This document shows positions 45,670 to 55,584 of a stretch of DNA of 60,680 nucleotides, piece by piece. The first letter of the stretch is position 1. Each line of letters begins with the position of its first letter. Source of the DNA: Coriobacteriia bacterium (lineage in GTDB: Bacteria; Actinomycetota; Coriobacteriia; Anaerosomatales; SLCP01); assembly GCA_019429145.1 (NCBI GenBank), contig JAHYJI010000004.1, forward strand, positions 1 to 60,680, written 5' to 3'. The notes under the pieces are model-generated. The model saw only the letters and a list, made by a program, of their open reading frames with translations, ran no database searches and had not been told where the DNA came from. The translations under genes were made by a program, and so were the position numbers.

Positions 45670-46589
45670 GACGCACCGCCTTCCGACGCCGGCGCGTCGG
45701 AGGCCGTTGCCTCTTCCGCCGGCGGCGCGATTGAAGCGACGTACGCCTCGCAGCACGCCTTGGCGATGGTGCGTACGCGACCGATGAAGCTCACGCGCTC
45801 GGCCACCGCGATGGCACCTCGCGCGTCGAGCATGTTGAACGCGTGCGAACACTTCAGGACGTAGTCGTAGGCGGGCAGCGGCGTGCCGGCTTCGAGCACC
45901 CGCTTGCACTCGGCTTCATAGGTGTCGAAGAGCCGGTAGAGCATGTCGATGTCGGCGATCTCGAAGTTGTAGCGCGAGTACTCGTACTCGTTGCGCTTGA
46001 AGACGTCGCCGTACGTGTAGGTCGAGCCATCGGGGCCCTCGACCCAGACCAGGTCGAACACGCTGTCGACCCCCTGGATGTACATCGCGAGGCGCTCGAG
46101 TCCGTAGGTGATCTCGGCCGGCACCGGGCGACAGTCGAAGCCTCCTACCTGCTGGAAGTAGGTGAATTGCGTGACCTCCATGCCGTTGAGCCAGACCTCC
46201 CAGCCCAGTCCCCACGCACCGAGTGTCGGCGACTCCCAGTCGTCCTCCACCAGGCGCACGTCGTGCTCGGCGGGCTCGATGCCGATCGCTCGCAGCGAGT
46301 CCCAGTACAGGTCGAGAACGTCGTCCGGGCTCGGCTTGAGGATCACCTGATACTGGTAGTAATGCTGCAGCCGGTTCGGGTTCTCCCCGTAGCGGCCGTC
46401 AGCAGGCCTGCGGCTCGGCTGAACGTAGGCGGTCCGCCACGGCTCCGGGCCGAGCGACTTGAGCGTCGTAGCGGGGTGGAAGGTCCCCGCACCGACCTCG
46501 GTATCGTAGGGCTGCAAGAGCACGCATCCCTTGTCGGCCCAGTACCGCGAGAGCGCCAGGATGATGTCCTGGAACGTCATTCCCTGCAT
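45666..46589 (-). CDS. glyQ: Glycine--tRNA ligase alpha subunit
   Basis: [56 protein letters not shown]. Confidence 0.98.
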   Translation of the reverse strand: MQGMTFQDIILALSRYWADKGCVLLQPYDTEVGAGTFHPATTLKSLGPEPWRTAYVQPSRRPADGRYGENPNRLQHYYQYQVILKPSPDDVLDLYWDSLRAIGIEPAEHDVRLVEDDWESPTLGAWGLGWEVWLNGMEVTQFTYFQQVGGFDCRPVPAEITYGLERLAMYIQGVDSVFDLVWVEGPDGSTYTYGDVFKRNEYEYSRYNFEIADIDMLYRLFDTYEAECKRVLEAGTPLPAYDYVLKCSHAFNMLDARGAIAVAERVSFIGRVRTIAKACCEAYVASIAPPAEEATASDAPASEGGAS

Positions 46590-46644
46590 CTGTGGAGTGT
46601 CTCCTCTCGATGGCGACCTGTGCCGCCTCGGACGTGCACGTATC

Positions 46645-47178
46645 TTACCGCAAGCGCCCGGCGCGGCGGCCGCGCGGACCAACCTTGTCTGCGAGTGCGA
46701 ACTCGATGCGGTCGAGCGTCGCGGCAGCAAGCCCGTCTATCGGCAGAAGCAGGTAGTTCGAACCGCTCACGTAGATCAGGAGGTGATCGGCCGCCTCCTT
46801 CCACCGGACGACTGAGTCCCAGGCGAGCTCCCCGTCCCCCTCGGGAGAGGCGAAGACGATACCCTCCCCGGTGAACTCGTAGTGCACGGGAGCATAGAGC
46901 GAACGGGAGCTGGGCGACCCGGAGAGCCATGCGAGATACCCCCACACCACGATGGGGATAGCGATGCCGCCGCCAAAGAGCGCGATCGCCTCCGTGCGCA
47001 TGCCTGCGGAGTACGCAAGCAGCGCAGCCATACCGAGCGCCGGCGGGACGAATCGCAGCCGGAGCGCCGCCAGGTGGAGCAGGACGCGGCGATACCCCTG
47101 CTCGGTAAGGGTCACGTCGAAGGTGAGCGGCGACCCTGCCGGGCCGGCATCCTCCGGGCGCTGCTCGCCTGCGCTCAC
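46645..47178 (-). CDS. YcxB-like membrane protein
   Basis: Two membrane helices, then YEFTGEGI...LAWDSV...YLLLP pattern. Confidence 0.6.
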   Translation of the reverse strand: MSAGEQRPEDAGPAGSPLTFDVTLTEQGYRRVLLHLAALRLRFVPPALGMAALLAYSAGMRTEAIALFGGGIAIPIVVWGYLAWLSGSPSSRSLYAPVHYEFTGEGIVFASPEGDGELAWDSVVRWKEAADHLLIYVSGSNYLLLPIDGLAAATLDRIEFALADKVGPRGRRAGRLR

Positions 47179-47921
47179 GATCCGCCCCCGTTCGCGTAGA
47201 ACTCGAGCGCCTTGAGACGGGCGGGCAGGTGATACGTGACGAACTGCCGCATGAGAGAGAACGTCTCGCCCACCTCACGCGCAGGCAGTTCGGCAGAGGA
47301 GACTGCGTCCATGGTCGAGGCAAGCAGCCACGAAAGCATGTCGCGTGACCCACCGCTGAGCGGCGGGGCGGCTCCGCCACATGCGGGGCACAACACGCCT
47401 CCGGCTTCAAGCGAGAATCCCGCCCCACTCTCTGCGGCGCATGCGCAGGACACGCACGAATCGAGGTGGGGCCGGTAGCCATGCATGGCCATCGCCTTGA
47501 GGAGGAACGCGGTCACCGTGACCCGGAGATGCTCGATGGGAGCGTGTTCCAGCGCCGAGAGCGTTGCGCACGCCAGGCCGAAGAGCCGCTCCTCAGCCTG
47601 GCCCTCCACCGCCATCTTGTCCAAGACGTCGAGGACCACCGAGGCCGCGGTCGACCTGTCGTAGTCGGTACGAAGACCTGCGTGCAGGTCGACCGAGCGA
47701 GCGTCTGACACGATCTCGAGCGTGCGTCCGGGGGCGAGCATCAGGTCTGCAACTGAAGCGGGCTCGAGTCGGCCGGCGAAGCGCGAGGTGGGCTTGCGCA
47801 TGCCCTTGGCTACCGCGCGCACTATCCTGCCATCGTCGGAAAGCAGGGTGAGAATGATATCCGCCTCGCCGAGCTTGGTCTTGCGCAGCGTGAGGGCGCG
47901 CAGGGCGTAGGAGGTAGTCAC
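47175..47921 (-). CDS. recO: DNA repair protein RecO
   Basis: GEADIILTL, AVAKGMRKPTSR, CxxC...CxxC zinc finger. Confidence 0.93.
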   Translation of the reverse strand: MTTSYALRALTLRKTKLGEADIILTLLSDDGRIVRAVAKGMRKPTSRFAGRLEPASVADLMLAPGRTLEIVSDARSVDLHAGLRTDYDRSTAASVVLDVLDKMAVEGQAEERLFGLACATLSALEHAPIEHLRVTVTAFLLKAMAMHGYRPHLDSCVSCACAAESGAGFSLEAGGVLCPACGGAAPPLSGGSRDMLSWLLASTMDAVSSAELPAREVGETFSLMRQFVTYHLPARLKALEFYANGGGS

Positions 47922-47927
47922 GGGGCG

Positions 47928-48608
47928 CTATCCGCGGTGCTCGAGCGCCTCGAGGATCTCCAGGCCCGACGAAGAGCCCAGACGAGTCGCGCCCGCATCG
48001 AGCATCTCGAGTGCGGTGTCGAGGTCGCGGATCCCACCAGCCGCCTTCACGCCGATGTCCGGCCCGACTGCCGCGCGCATGATCCGCACGTCGGCGACGC
48101 TCGCGCCGCGCGGACCGAAGCCCGTGGATGTCTTGACGTAGTGGGCACCGGCAGCCACGGCAAGACGGCTGGCCGAGTCGACCTCGCCCTCCGCGAGGTA
48201 TCCGGTCTCGATGATGACCTTCACGATGGCGCGACCGTCCGAAGCGTGCCGGACCCCATCGACCACCGCACGGATGTCGTCCTCCACGAACGTGGTCTCC
48301 CCTTCAAGGAAGGCCGCGATGTTGAAGACCATGTCGACCTCCGCGCAGCCGAGATCGACGAGCAAACGGGCTTCCGCGGACTTGGTCTCCGTGTTGGAGT
48401 AGCCGAGAGGAAAGCCGACAACGGAGCAGACACGCGTTTCGGTACCAGCGAGTTTCTGCGCCGCGAGAGGCACAAGGAACGGCGACACACAGAGAGAGGC
48501 GAAACCGGCATCCCGGACAGCGTCCATCCACGCGGCTGCTTCGCCAAAGCCCGAGGTCGGCTTCAACAGCGTCTGGTCGATAGCGGCGGCGAGCATCGAG
48601 GTGTTCAC
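47928..48608 (-). CDS. deoC: Deoxyribose-phosphate aldolase
   Basis: IDQTLLKP, VVGFPLG, EVDMV, KVIIETG, VKTSTGF, VKAAGGIR. Confidence 0.96.
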   Translation of the reverse strand: MNTSMLAAAIDQTLLKPTSGFGEAAAWMDAVRDAGFASLCVSPFLVPLAAQKLAGTETRVCSVVGFPLGYSNTETKSAEARLLVDLGCAEVDMVFNIAAFLEGETTFVEDDIRAVVDGVRHASDGRAIVKVIIETGYLAEGEVDSASRLAVAAGAHYVKTSTGFGPRGASVADVRIMRAAVGPDIGVKAAGGIRDLDTALEMLDAGATRLGSSSGLEILEALEHRG

Positions 48609-48612
48609 GTGA

Positions 48613-49542
48613 CTACAGCCCCTCTCCATACCCGAAGCGCCGGATCTGTGCGGCATCACGACGCCAGTTGCGCTTCACCTTCACCATCAGGTCGAGGTAG
48701 ACACGCGAGCCGAGCAGCCGTTCGAGATCCGCACGGGCCTCGCTGCCGATGCGCTTGATCATCTCCCCGCCCTTGCCGACGATTATGCCCTTCTGGGAGT
48801 CCCTCTCCACGAACACCGTCGCCGCGATTCGCGTGAGCTCTCCTCCGTTCACGACCTCGAAGTCCTCGACCGCGACACCCACGGCATGAGGTACCTCATC
48901 AAAGGTCGAGCGCAGGACCTTCTCCCTGATGAACTCTGCGATCATCACCTCGAGTGGCTGGTCGGTGGCCATATCGCGCGGGAAGTACCGGGGCCCCTGC
49001 GGGAGCAGGGCGGTCACCGTGGCGACGAAGCCGTCAACGTTGAATCCTTCGACTGCGGAGACGACCACCTCGTCGTCGAAGGGAACGAGGGCGCGCGCGG
49101 CCGCGAGCTGCCGATCGATGCGTTCCTGATCGACGAGGTCCGCCTTCGTGAGAACGAGAACGGTGGCACCCTGTGACTTCGCAACGTGTTCGGCGACCCA
49201 CCGGTCGCCTGCCCCCACCGGCGCGGAGCCGTCGACCACCAGACACGCGACGTCCACGTCGGACAGCGCCATCAGCCCCGAGCGGTTCAGCTGCTCCCCG
49301 AGAGCATCGTGGGGCTTGTGAAGGCCGGGCGTGTCGACGAGCACCACCTGCGCGTCATCAGTGTCGACGATGGCGCGCAACCGGTGCCTGGTCGTTTGAG
49401 GCGTGTCCGAGGTGATGGCGACCTTCGAGCCGACGACCGCATTGACGAGCGTCGACTTGCCCGCGTTCGGACGGCCCACAAGCGCTACGAACCCGCTGCG
49501 TACGACTCCACCTTCAGGCGGGGATGTGCTCTCGGCAGTCAC
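48613..49542 (-). CDS. era: GTPase Era
   Basis: GRPNAGKST, PQTTR, DTPG, TKAD, KH domain IIVGKGG. Confidence 0.97.
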   Translation of the reverse strand: MTAESTSPPEGGVVRSGFVALVGRPNAGKSTLVNAVVGSKVAITSDTPQTTRHRLRAIVDTDDAQVVLVDTPGLHKPHDALGEQLNRSGLMALSDVDVACLVVDGSAPVGAGDRWVAEHVAKSQGATVLVLTKADLVDQERIDRQLAAARALVPFDDEVVVSAVEGFNVDGFVATVTALLPQGPRYFPRDMATDQPLEVMIAEFIREKVLRSTFDEVPHAVGVAVEDFEVVNGGELTRIAATVFVERDSQKGIIVGKGGEMIKRIGSEARADLERLLGSRVYLDLMVKVKRNWRRDAAQIRRFGYGEGL

Positions 49543-49970
49543 GCTTCGTCGCCCTGCTCCTCGTCCTGATCGAGATAGCCTCTGACGAATGCTTCGGGCA
49601 ACAGCTCATCAAGACCCATGACGAGGACCTCGTCGCTGCGCCCGCCCATGATGACCCGCATCTGGGGATTGAACTCCGCCAGCGCCTGCCGGCATGCACC
49701 ACACGGCACGGTTGGCGACTCCGAATCCCCCACGACCGCCACTGCGTCGATCTCCTTGCAGCCGGCGGCGAGCGCCGCCATGAGCGCGCCCCTCTCCGCA
49801 CAGAGCGTGGAGCCGTACGCCGCATTCTCGACGTTGACCCCCTGGAAGATCTCGCCAGATGCGTAAACAGCCGCACCGACCCGGAAGTCCGAGTACGGGG
49901 CATAGGCGTTCCGCTTCACCTCACGCGCGAACGCGAGCAGCGCCAGATCGGGCTGGGTGAGGTTACGCAT
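49539..49970 (-). CDS. cdd: Cytidine deaminase
   Basis: AYAPYSDFRVGAA, NVENAAY, CAER, PCGACRQ. Confidence 0.96.
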   Translation of the reverse strand: MRNLTQPDLALLAFAREVKRNAYAPYSDFRVGAAVYASGEIFQGVNVENAAYGSTLCAERGALMAALAAGCKEIDAVAVVGDSESPTVPCGACRQALAEFNPQMRVIMGGRSDEVLVMGLDELLPEAFVRGYLDQDEEQGDEA

Positions 49971-51246
49971 CGAGCCCCTCCTTGCGGTCTGAGGCCGTTG
50001 CGGCCGGATGTACTGTCAGCTTCATGATACGCGTACCCTGCAGCTCCTCCACGGTCAGACGCAGCCCCTCGATGTCCACGCTCTCCCCCACCTCGGGGAT
50101 GTGGCCGGCCACCTCGGTGAACAGTCCGCCGACCGTATCCGCCTCAAGCTCGATCGCCGTGTCGAAAAGTTCGTTGAGGTCGTCGATGGGCAAACGTGCG
50201 TCAACGTGCAGGCTTCCGTCTTCAGCCGTGACGACGAGGGGAACGGCGGAGTCGTACTCGTCGAAGATCTCGCCCACGATCTCTTCAAGCAGGTCCTCGA
50301 TAGTAACGAGCCCTGCGGTCCCACCGTACTCGTCGGCAACGATGGCGATGTGCGTTCTCGTGCGCATCTCCATCAGCAACTCCTCGACAAGCTTCGTCTC
50401 CGGGATGAAGTACGCCGTCCGCACGATAGACGCAGGCCGAACCTCCGGATCGCGCACGATGGCGGCAAGCAGGTCTTTCGCGTAGAGCACGCCCCGGATG
50501 TCGTCCACTGTCCCGTGATAGACGGGCAGACGGGAGTAGCCCAGCGACTCGATCAAGGTGATCGCATCGACCGCAGACGCGGTGTCTGCCAGGCAGGTCA
50601 TGTCAGTCCGGGGCACCATGACCTCGCGCACGACCTTCTCGCCGAACTCGGATACCGCCTCGAGAAGGGCTTCCTCGCTTTCCTCACGCGCCATCTCGTC
50701 CTCGTCAGACGAGCCGTTGGGGCGGGCGTCTGCGTCGCCCGCCCGGCCTGAGTGAGCTGCATCTTCGCCCACCGCAAGGTGGACGATCCACGTCCACGGC
50801 GCGTAGAGCAGCCGGGCGAGGGGATAGAAGACCGGCACCATCGGCGCGGCGAGCGGGGCGAACGCCAGTGCGACCCCCTCGGGGTTCTGGGCAGCGAGCG
50901 TACGGGGAAGCGCCTCCCCAAGTGCGAAGAAGACGACGAGCCCAATCGCTGCTCCGGTGATGGCGGCGACCCAGTCGGGCCATCCCTGGTATGCGAGCAG
51001 AACCGCGATCGCCGATAGCGCGGCGGCGACCGTATACGCCAGGGCCGACGCCATCGAGGCGGCAACGTTCAGACGTCCCTGGCGATCGAAGAGGCGCTCA
51101 AGGGCGATCGCTCCCTTGCGCTCCGATTCGACAAGACGCAGGACGCGACCTCGCGTGATGTGTGAAGCGGCTGCCTCTTCGGCAGTGATGATCGCCTTGA
51201 TCGCCAGTAGCACCACGATCGAGGCAACGACTATCGGTACGGCCAA
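49963..51246 (-). CDS. Hemolysin-family CNNM/CBS/CorC Mg2+ homeostasis protein
   Basis: DUF21 membrane region, VREVMVPR, YSRLPV, DEYGGTAGLVTIEDLLEEIVGEI, CorC tail. Confidence 0.92.
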   Translation of the reverse strand: MAVPIVVASIVVLLAIKAIITAEEAAASHITRGRVLRLVESERKGAIALERLFDRQGRLNVAASMASALAYTVAAALSAIAVLLAYQGWPDWVAAITGAAIGLVVFFALGEALPRTLAAQNPEGVALAFAPLAAPMVPVFYPLARLLYAPWTWIVHLAVGEDAAHSGRAGDADARPNGSSDEDEMAREESEEALLEAVSEFGEKVVREVMVPRTDMTCLADTASAVDAITLIESLGYSRLPVYHGTVDDIRGVLYAKDLLAAIVRDPEVRPASIVRTAYFIPETKLVEELLMEMRTRTHIAIVADEYGGTAGLVTIEDLLEEIVGEIFDEYDSAVPLVVTAEDGSLHVDARLPIDDLNELFDTAIELEADTVGGLFTEVAGHIPEVGESVDIEGLRLTVEELQGTRIMKLTVHPAATASDRKEGLDA

Positions 51247-51271
51247 CGAGTTCTCCCGTGCTGCTCAGTAG

Positions 51272-51973
51272 TCAGACAAAGAATACCTGAAAGACGACGG
51301 TGGTGATGAGTAACCCCACCAGTGCACCGGACAACACCTGAGGAATCGTGTGTGTGCCACTCTCGACACGACTTTGGGCGACGAGCGCCGCGATGAAGAG
51401 TGCCAGTACAGCCGCCGAGGAGTTGCGCGTCGCATAGCCTACTGCGGTTGCGGCCGCCGTGGCCAGCGCAGCGTGTCCCGAAGGCCACCCTCCCTTGAGG
51501 AACGTACCCTCGCGAACGAAGGCCTTCAGCACGAGAACGGTCAGCCCGGTGAGGCCGAGTGCGATCACGGTGAGGTGCACCGGCGAGCGCAGGACGAAGA
51601 CGAACCCTTCCGCAACGACGTCCCGCGCCCGGTCGAAGAAGATGACATATCCCACCGCGACCGCGATGAGCGAGGAGATCAGCACGCCGCCGGCCGCCAC
51701 GTCCTTGGCGACCTTCGCGCGCGGGTCGAAGCCGTGCACCGAGAGATCGACGGCGGACTCGATCGCGGTGTTGATGAGCTCGGTGAAGAGGACGAACCCG
51801 ATCGCGAAGAGAAGCGCGACCATCTCCAGCCGAGTGACGTCGAGCAGTATCGCAGCCGTGAGCACGAATCCGGCAGCGATGATGTGCAGCCGCATATTGC
51901 GCTGGGTGCGCAGGGCGTAGACGATCCCCTCGATCGCGTAGTTGAAGCTCCACAGCAGCGACCGGCTTCTCAC
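51272..51973 (-). CDS. dgkA: DgkA/undecaprenol kinase fused to a PAP2-like domain
   Basis: SFNYAIEG...RNMRLH, ELINTAIESAVD, AKDVAAG, then PSGH and SRVESGTH. Confidence 0.88.
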   Translation of the reverse strand: MRSRSLLWSFNYAIEGIVYALRTQRNMRLHIIAAGFVLTAAILLDVTRLEMVALLFAIGFVLFTELINTAIESAVDLSVHGFDPRAKVAKDVAAGGVLISSLIAVAVGYVIFFDRARDVVAEGFVFVLRSPVHLTVIALGLTGLTVLVLKAFVREGTFLKGGWPSGHAALATAAATAVGYATRNSSAAVLALFIAALVAQSRVESGTHTIPQVLSGALVGLLITTVVFQVFFV

Positions 51974-51983
51974 CGGCTACCCC

Positions 51984-52430
51984 TCACAGTCCTTCCGCGT
52001 ACGCGGCAAGCAGCGCCTGTTCCCGCTCCTGCATCACCGCGGCATCCTCGTCGCTGTCGTGAGCGTAGCCGAGGAGGTGCAGGATACCATGCACCAGCAG
52101 CAGGTTCAGCTCCTCTTCGACGGTGTGACCTAGTTCGGCCGCCTGTTCCTCGGCTATCTGCGGAGCGATGACCACATCCCCGAGGGTGACGGGCTGGTCG
52201 CTCTCGACCGGACACGGATCGTCGCACTCGAAGGACAGCACGTCCGTGGGACCGGCAACTCCCCGGTACCCCTCGTTGAGCTCGGTCATCTCCTCCACGT
52301 CCACGAGCGCGAGCGACAGCTCCGCATGCGCCGGCACGTCCTCGCGATCGAGAACGAACTCGGCGAGGCGTTCGAACGCCGCCAGGTCCAGCGGCTCGGG
52401 GTCCCGGTGGCTCGTGATGCTAATTGGCAT
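51984..52430 (-). CDS. ybeY: Endoribonuclease YbeY
   Basis: PTDVLSF, LGDVVI, HGILHLLGYAH. Confidence 0.95.
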   Translation of the reverse strand: MPISITSHRDPEPLDLAAFERLAEFVLDREDVPAHAELSLALVDVEEMTELNEGYRGVAGPTDVLSFECDDPCPVESDQPVTLGDVVIAPQIAEEQAAELGHTVEEELNLLLVHGILHLLGYAHDSDEDAAVMQEREQALLAAYAEGL

Positions 52431-54510
52431 ACTCCGACCTCCTCGGCGTGGCCTCCGGATACTCGATACGGGGATGGTAGATGCTCACCAGCATCGTGGA
52501 GTAGACCTGCACGATGCGGTCGATGTCGGCGAGGGTGAGATCGGAGTCGTGCAGCTGGCCGTCGGCGACCTTGCCGTCGACCACCCGTCGCACGGCCGCT
52601 TCGACCCGCGGGAGTGTGGGCTTCTTGACCGCCCGCACGGCGGCCTCAGTGCTGTCCGCGAGCATGACCAGGGCCGCCTCCCGGGACTGCGGCCGGGAGA
52701 AGGCGTACCGGTAGTCGGCCTCGGTGACGGGTCCCTCCGACTGCGTGGCCTTGTTGTAGAAGTAGCTCACGAGCGTGTCACCGTGATGCTGCTCGATGAT
52801 GTCGATTATCTCCGGAGGGAGGCGATGCTCGCGCGCCAGTTCGAGGCCCTCGCGAACGTGAGCCGTGATGATGATCGCAGACAGGCTTGGCGTGGTCTCG
52901 TCGTGTGGATTGCCCGCACCCGCCTGATTCTCGACGAAGAATCCCGGCCGCCGGATCTTTCCGACGTCGTGGTAGTAGGCCCCGACCCGGGCCAGCAACG
53001 GATTGGCACCTATCGCTTCGGCCCCTGCCTCGGCCAGGTTGCCGGTGATGACCGAGTGGCTGTACGTCCCGGGAGCCTCTACCATCAGGCGGCGCATGAG
53101 CGGGTGAGTCGGACTTGCCAGTTCTATCAGGCGGATGTCGGTCGTCACCCGGAACACCGTCTCGAAGAAGGGCAGCAGCCCGTACCCGAGCACCGCCGAG
53201 AACAGACCACCGAGGGCACCGTTAGCAGCTGCGCTCAGTGCCTCGCCTGGCGGCGCACCGGCGGCCAGCGTCGCAAACCAGGCGAGTGAAGCCCCGGAAC
53301 CGACGAGGAACATCCCCACGTAGAAGAGGCGCGACCGCTGGGTCATGAACGACATCGCCACGACCGACAGTGTGCTCCACACGAGCATGGCGACCATGCT
53401 CGAGCCGCCGGCGAAGCCGAGGAGCACTCCGCCGACGGCCGTGACCACCGCGGTCACCAGCCCGATGCGCGCGTTGATCAGCACCGTTGCCAGCATAGCC
53501 GTGAGCGGTACGGGCAGTAGGTAGACCGAGATCTCGGGGAAGAACCAGAGGATGGCCCTGGTCGTCCACAAAGCACCGACGATCAACACCGAGATCAGTG
53601 CCAGGTCTCTCGTGTCATCGAACACCGCGCGCTCGAATCGCCAGATGTACGCCACCGCGGCAGCGGCAGCAACGCCGGCGAGCAGCATCAGAGCAAGAAG
53701 TGAGGGTATCGAGCCGCCCTGATCGAGCAGCCCGAGGCGCCGGATGATCTCGAGTTGCTCGGCGGACACGATCTCGCCGCGCTGCACGATGTTCTCACCG
53801 GCGAGTTTGATGATGACCACCGGATCGATGCCGTCGGCTGCCGCGGCACGCGCCGCCTCGGTGGCTGCCTCGTCGACAGTCAGGGTCGGCCGCACGCTCT
53901 GCTCGACGATGCCCGCAACGGCTTCTCTGACCGGACGAACGAGCGGCAGAGAGTCTGCACTCTCGCGCAACTGCTCGAGCACGGCGTCCCTCTCAGACAC
54001 GGCGAATCGACGCGTCAGCACCGTGGTAGCCAACTGCTCCGCCGATCGCTCGGCACGCCCGAACTCCGGGTCGTCGGCTTCGAGCAGAGCCGCGATCCAC
54101 TCCTCTTCGTACTGGGGGAAGCGTGTGACGAGTGACTGCACCGTGACCGTCGGTTCCTCGGACATGAGCGGCCGGTTCAGACGCAAGAGATCGAACGTTG
54201 CGGCGACATCGCCGCGCGCCTCGGCAACGACGCCGGGATCGAACACGGTAACCGGCTCGACAGAGGCCGCCGCCTGCGTGCGCACGAGATCGGTCGCAGC
54301 CTCGTCCACGAACTGAACGGTGCGGTTCGCCCTGAACGTCCGCGGGGCCGGCTCGCCTTCGACCAGGCCGACGGGAGGCGCCTGCAGCACGAGCGGCAGC
54401 GTCACCAGCACCGCGGTCGACACGGCAAGGATCGCGCGACGGATGCGGCGGCTGCCGAACCATCCGGCAGACGGGCGGACCCTTCGCAGCAGGTCGGATA
54501 GCCTACCCAT
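52420..54510 (-). CDS. 7TM-HD phosphohydrolase (PgpH-like c-di-AMP phosphodiesterase candidate)
   Basis: Extracellular domain, seven membrane helices, EAPGTYSHS, AYYHDVGK, HVREG, QHHG, MLAD. Confidence 0.88.
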   Translation of the reverse strand: MGRLSDLLRRVRPSAGWFGSRRIRRAILAVSTAVLVTLPLVLQAPPVGLVEGEPAPRTFRANRTVQFVDEAATDLVRTQAAASVEPVTVFDPGVVAEARGDVAATFDLLRLNRPLMSEEPTVTVQSLVTRFPQYEEEWIAALLEADDPEFGRAERSAEQLATTVLTRRFAVSERDAVLEQLRESADSLPLVRPVREAVAGIVEQSVRPTLTVDEAATEAARAAAADGIDPVVIIKLAGENIVQRGEIVSAEQLEIIRRLGLLDQGGSIPSLLALMLLAGVAAAAAVAYIWRFERAVFDDTRDLALISVLIVGALWTTRAILWFFPEISVYLLPVPLTAMLATVLINARIGLVTAVVTAVGGVLLGFAGGSSMVAMLVWSTLSVVAMSFMTQRSRLFYVGMFLVGSGASLAWFATLAAGAPPGEALSAAANGALGGLFSAVLGYGLLPFFETVFRVTTDIRLIELASPTHPLMRRLMVEAPGTYSHSVITGNLAEAGAEAIGANPLLARVGAYYHDVGKIRRPGFFVENQAGAGNPHDETTPSLSAIIITAHVREGLELAREHRLPPEIIDIIEQHHGDTLVSYFYNKATQSEGPVTEADYRYAFSRPQSREAALVMLADSTEAAVRAVKKPTLPRVEAAVRRVVDGKVADGQLHDSDLTLADIDRIVQVYSTMLVSIYHPRIEYPEATPRRSEYAN

Positions 54511-55474
54511 GGCGGGCCTCGGCCTTCGCCTCCTCGTACTCGTGATACGCATTCACGATCCGCTGCACCAGCTTGTGGCGGACCACGTCTCGCGAGCCGA
54601 GCTCGATGAAGGACACGCCCGGAACCGCGTGGAGGATCTCACGCACCTGCTTGAGTCCGGAGGCACCCTTCGGCAGGTCGATCTGGGTAACATCACCGGT
54701 CACGACGACCTTCGATCCGAAGCCGAGCCGGGTCAGGAACATCTTCATCTGCTCGGGCGAGGTGTTCTGCGCCTCATCGAGGATGATGAAGCTGTCGTTG
54801 AGCGTGCGGCCGCGCATGAACGCCAGCGGCGCCACCTCGATGACCCCCCGGTCCATGAGCTGGGTCGACTTCTCGATGTCCATCATGTCGAACAGCGCAT
54901 CGTAGAGCGGGCGCAGGTAGGGATCGACTTTCTCGTAGAGCGTGCCGGGCAGGTAGCCGAGACTCTCACCCGCTTCCACCGCCGGGCGCGTGAGGATGAT
55001 GCGCCCGACCTCACGCTTCTTCAGGGCGTCGACGGCCATCGCCATCGCGAGGTAGGTCTTCCCGGTGCCTGCCGGGCCGATCCCGAACGTCACAGTGTGC
55101 TGCCTGATGGCGTCCACGTACCGCTTCTGACCGGCGGTCTTGGGCCGCAGCGCCTTGCCCTTGTGCGTGAGCAGGACGTCGGCGTAGAGCGCGCTGGGGC
55201 TGCACTCGCCCTCCCGAAGCATCTCGATCGAGCGTTCGAGGTTCTCCGGCGTCAGTCGCTCGCCCTTCTCGACGAGCGCGATCATCTCGGTGAAGAGCGA
55301 GGACACCGCCTGGCCCTCGGCGGCCGCACCGGAGATCGTGATCTGGTTGCCACGGACAGAGATGTCGGACTCGAACTGGTCCTCGATGAGCCTGAGCAGC
55401 CCGTCGCCCTGGCCGAGCAGCGCAGTCATGTCGAGCTCCGGAGGCACGACGAGGCGAATCTGGGTGGGTTCCAC
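54503..55474 (-). CDS. phoH: PhoH family protein
   Basis: [44 protein letters not shown]. Confidence 0.96.
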   Translation of the reverse strand: MEPTQIRLVVPPELDMTALLGQGDGLLRLIEDQFESDISVRGNQITISGAAAEGQAVSSLFTEMIALVEKGERLTPENLERSIEMLREGECSPSALYADVLLTHKGKALRPKTAGQKRYVDAIRQHTVTFGIGPAGTGKTYLAMAMAVDALKKREVGRIILTRPAVEAGESLGYLPGTLYEKVDPYLRPLYDALFDMMDIEKSTQLMDRGVIEVAPLAFMRGRTLNDSFIILDEAQNTSPEQMKMFLTRLGFGSKVVVTGDVTQIDLPKGASGLKQVREILHAVPGVSFIELGSRDVVRHKLVQRIVNAYHEYEEAKAEARHG

Positions 55475-55554
55475 CGGGGGTGCACCTTCTGTTCTACACA
55501 TGCCGGACGTCCGGCGTCGTTGTCGTATGGGGATTCACTACCCTCTACCTTGCG

Positions 55555-55563
55555 ATTCTATCA
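55555..55563 (-). promoter_or_regulatory. Extended -10 promoter for the phoH operon
   Basis: TGA-TAGAAT in the mtaB-phoH gap. Confidence 0.6.
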
Positions 55564-55584
55564 TGGTAGGCAGGCCGGCCCGCC

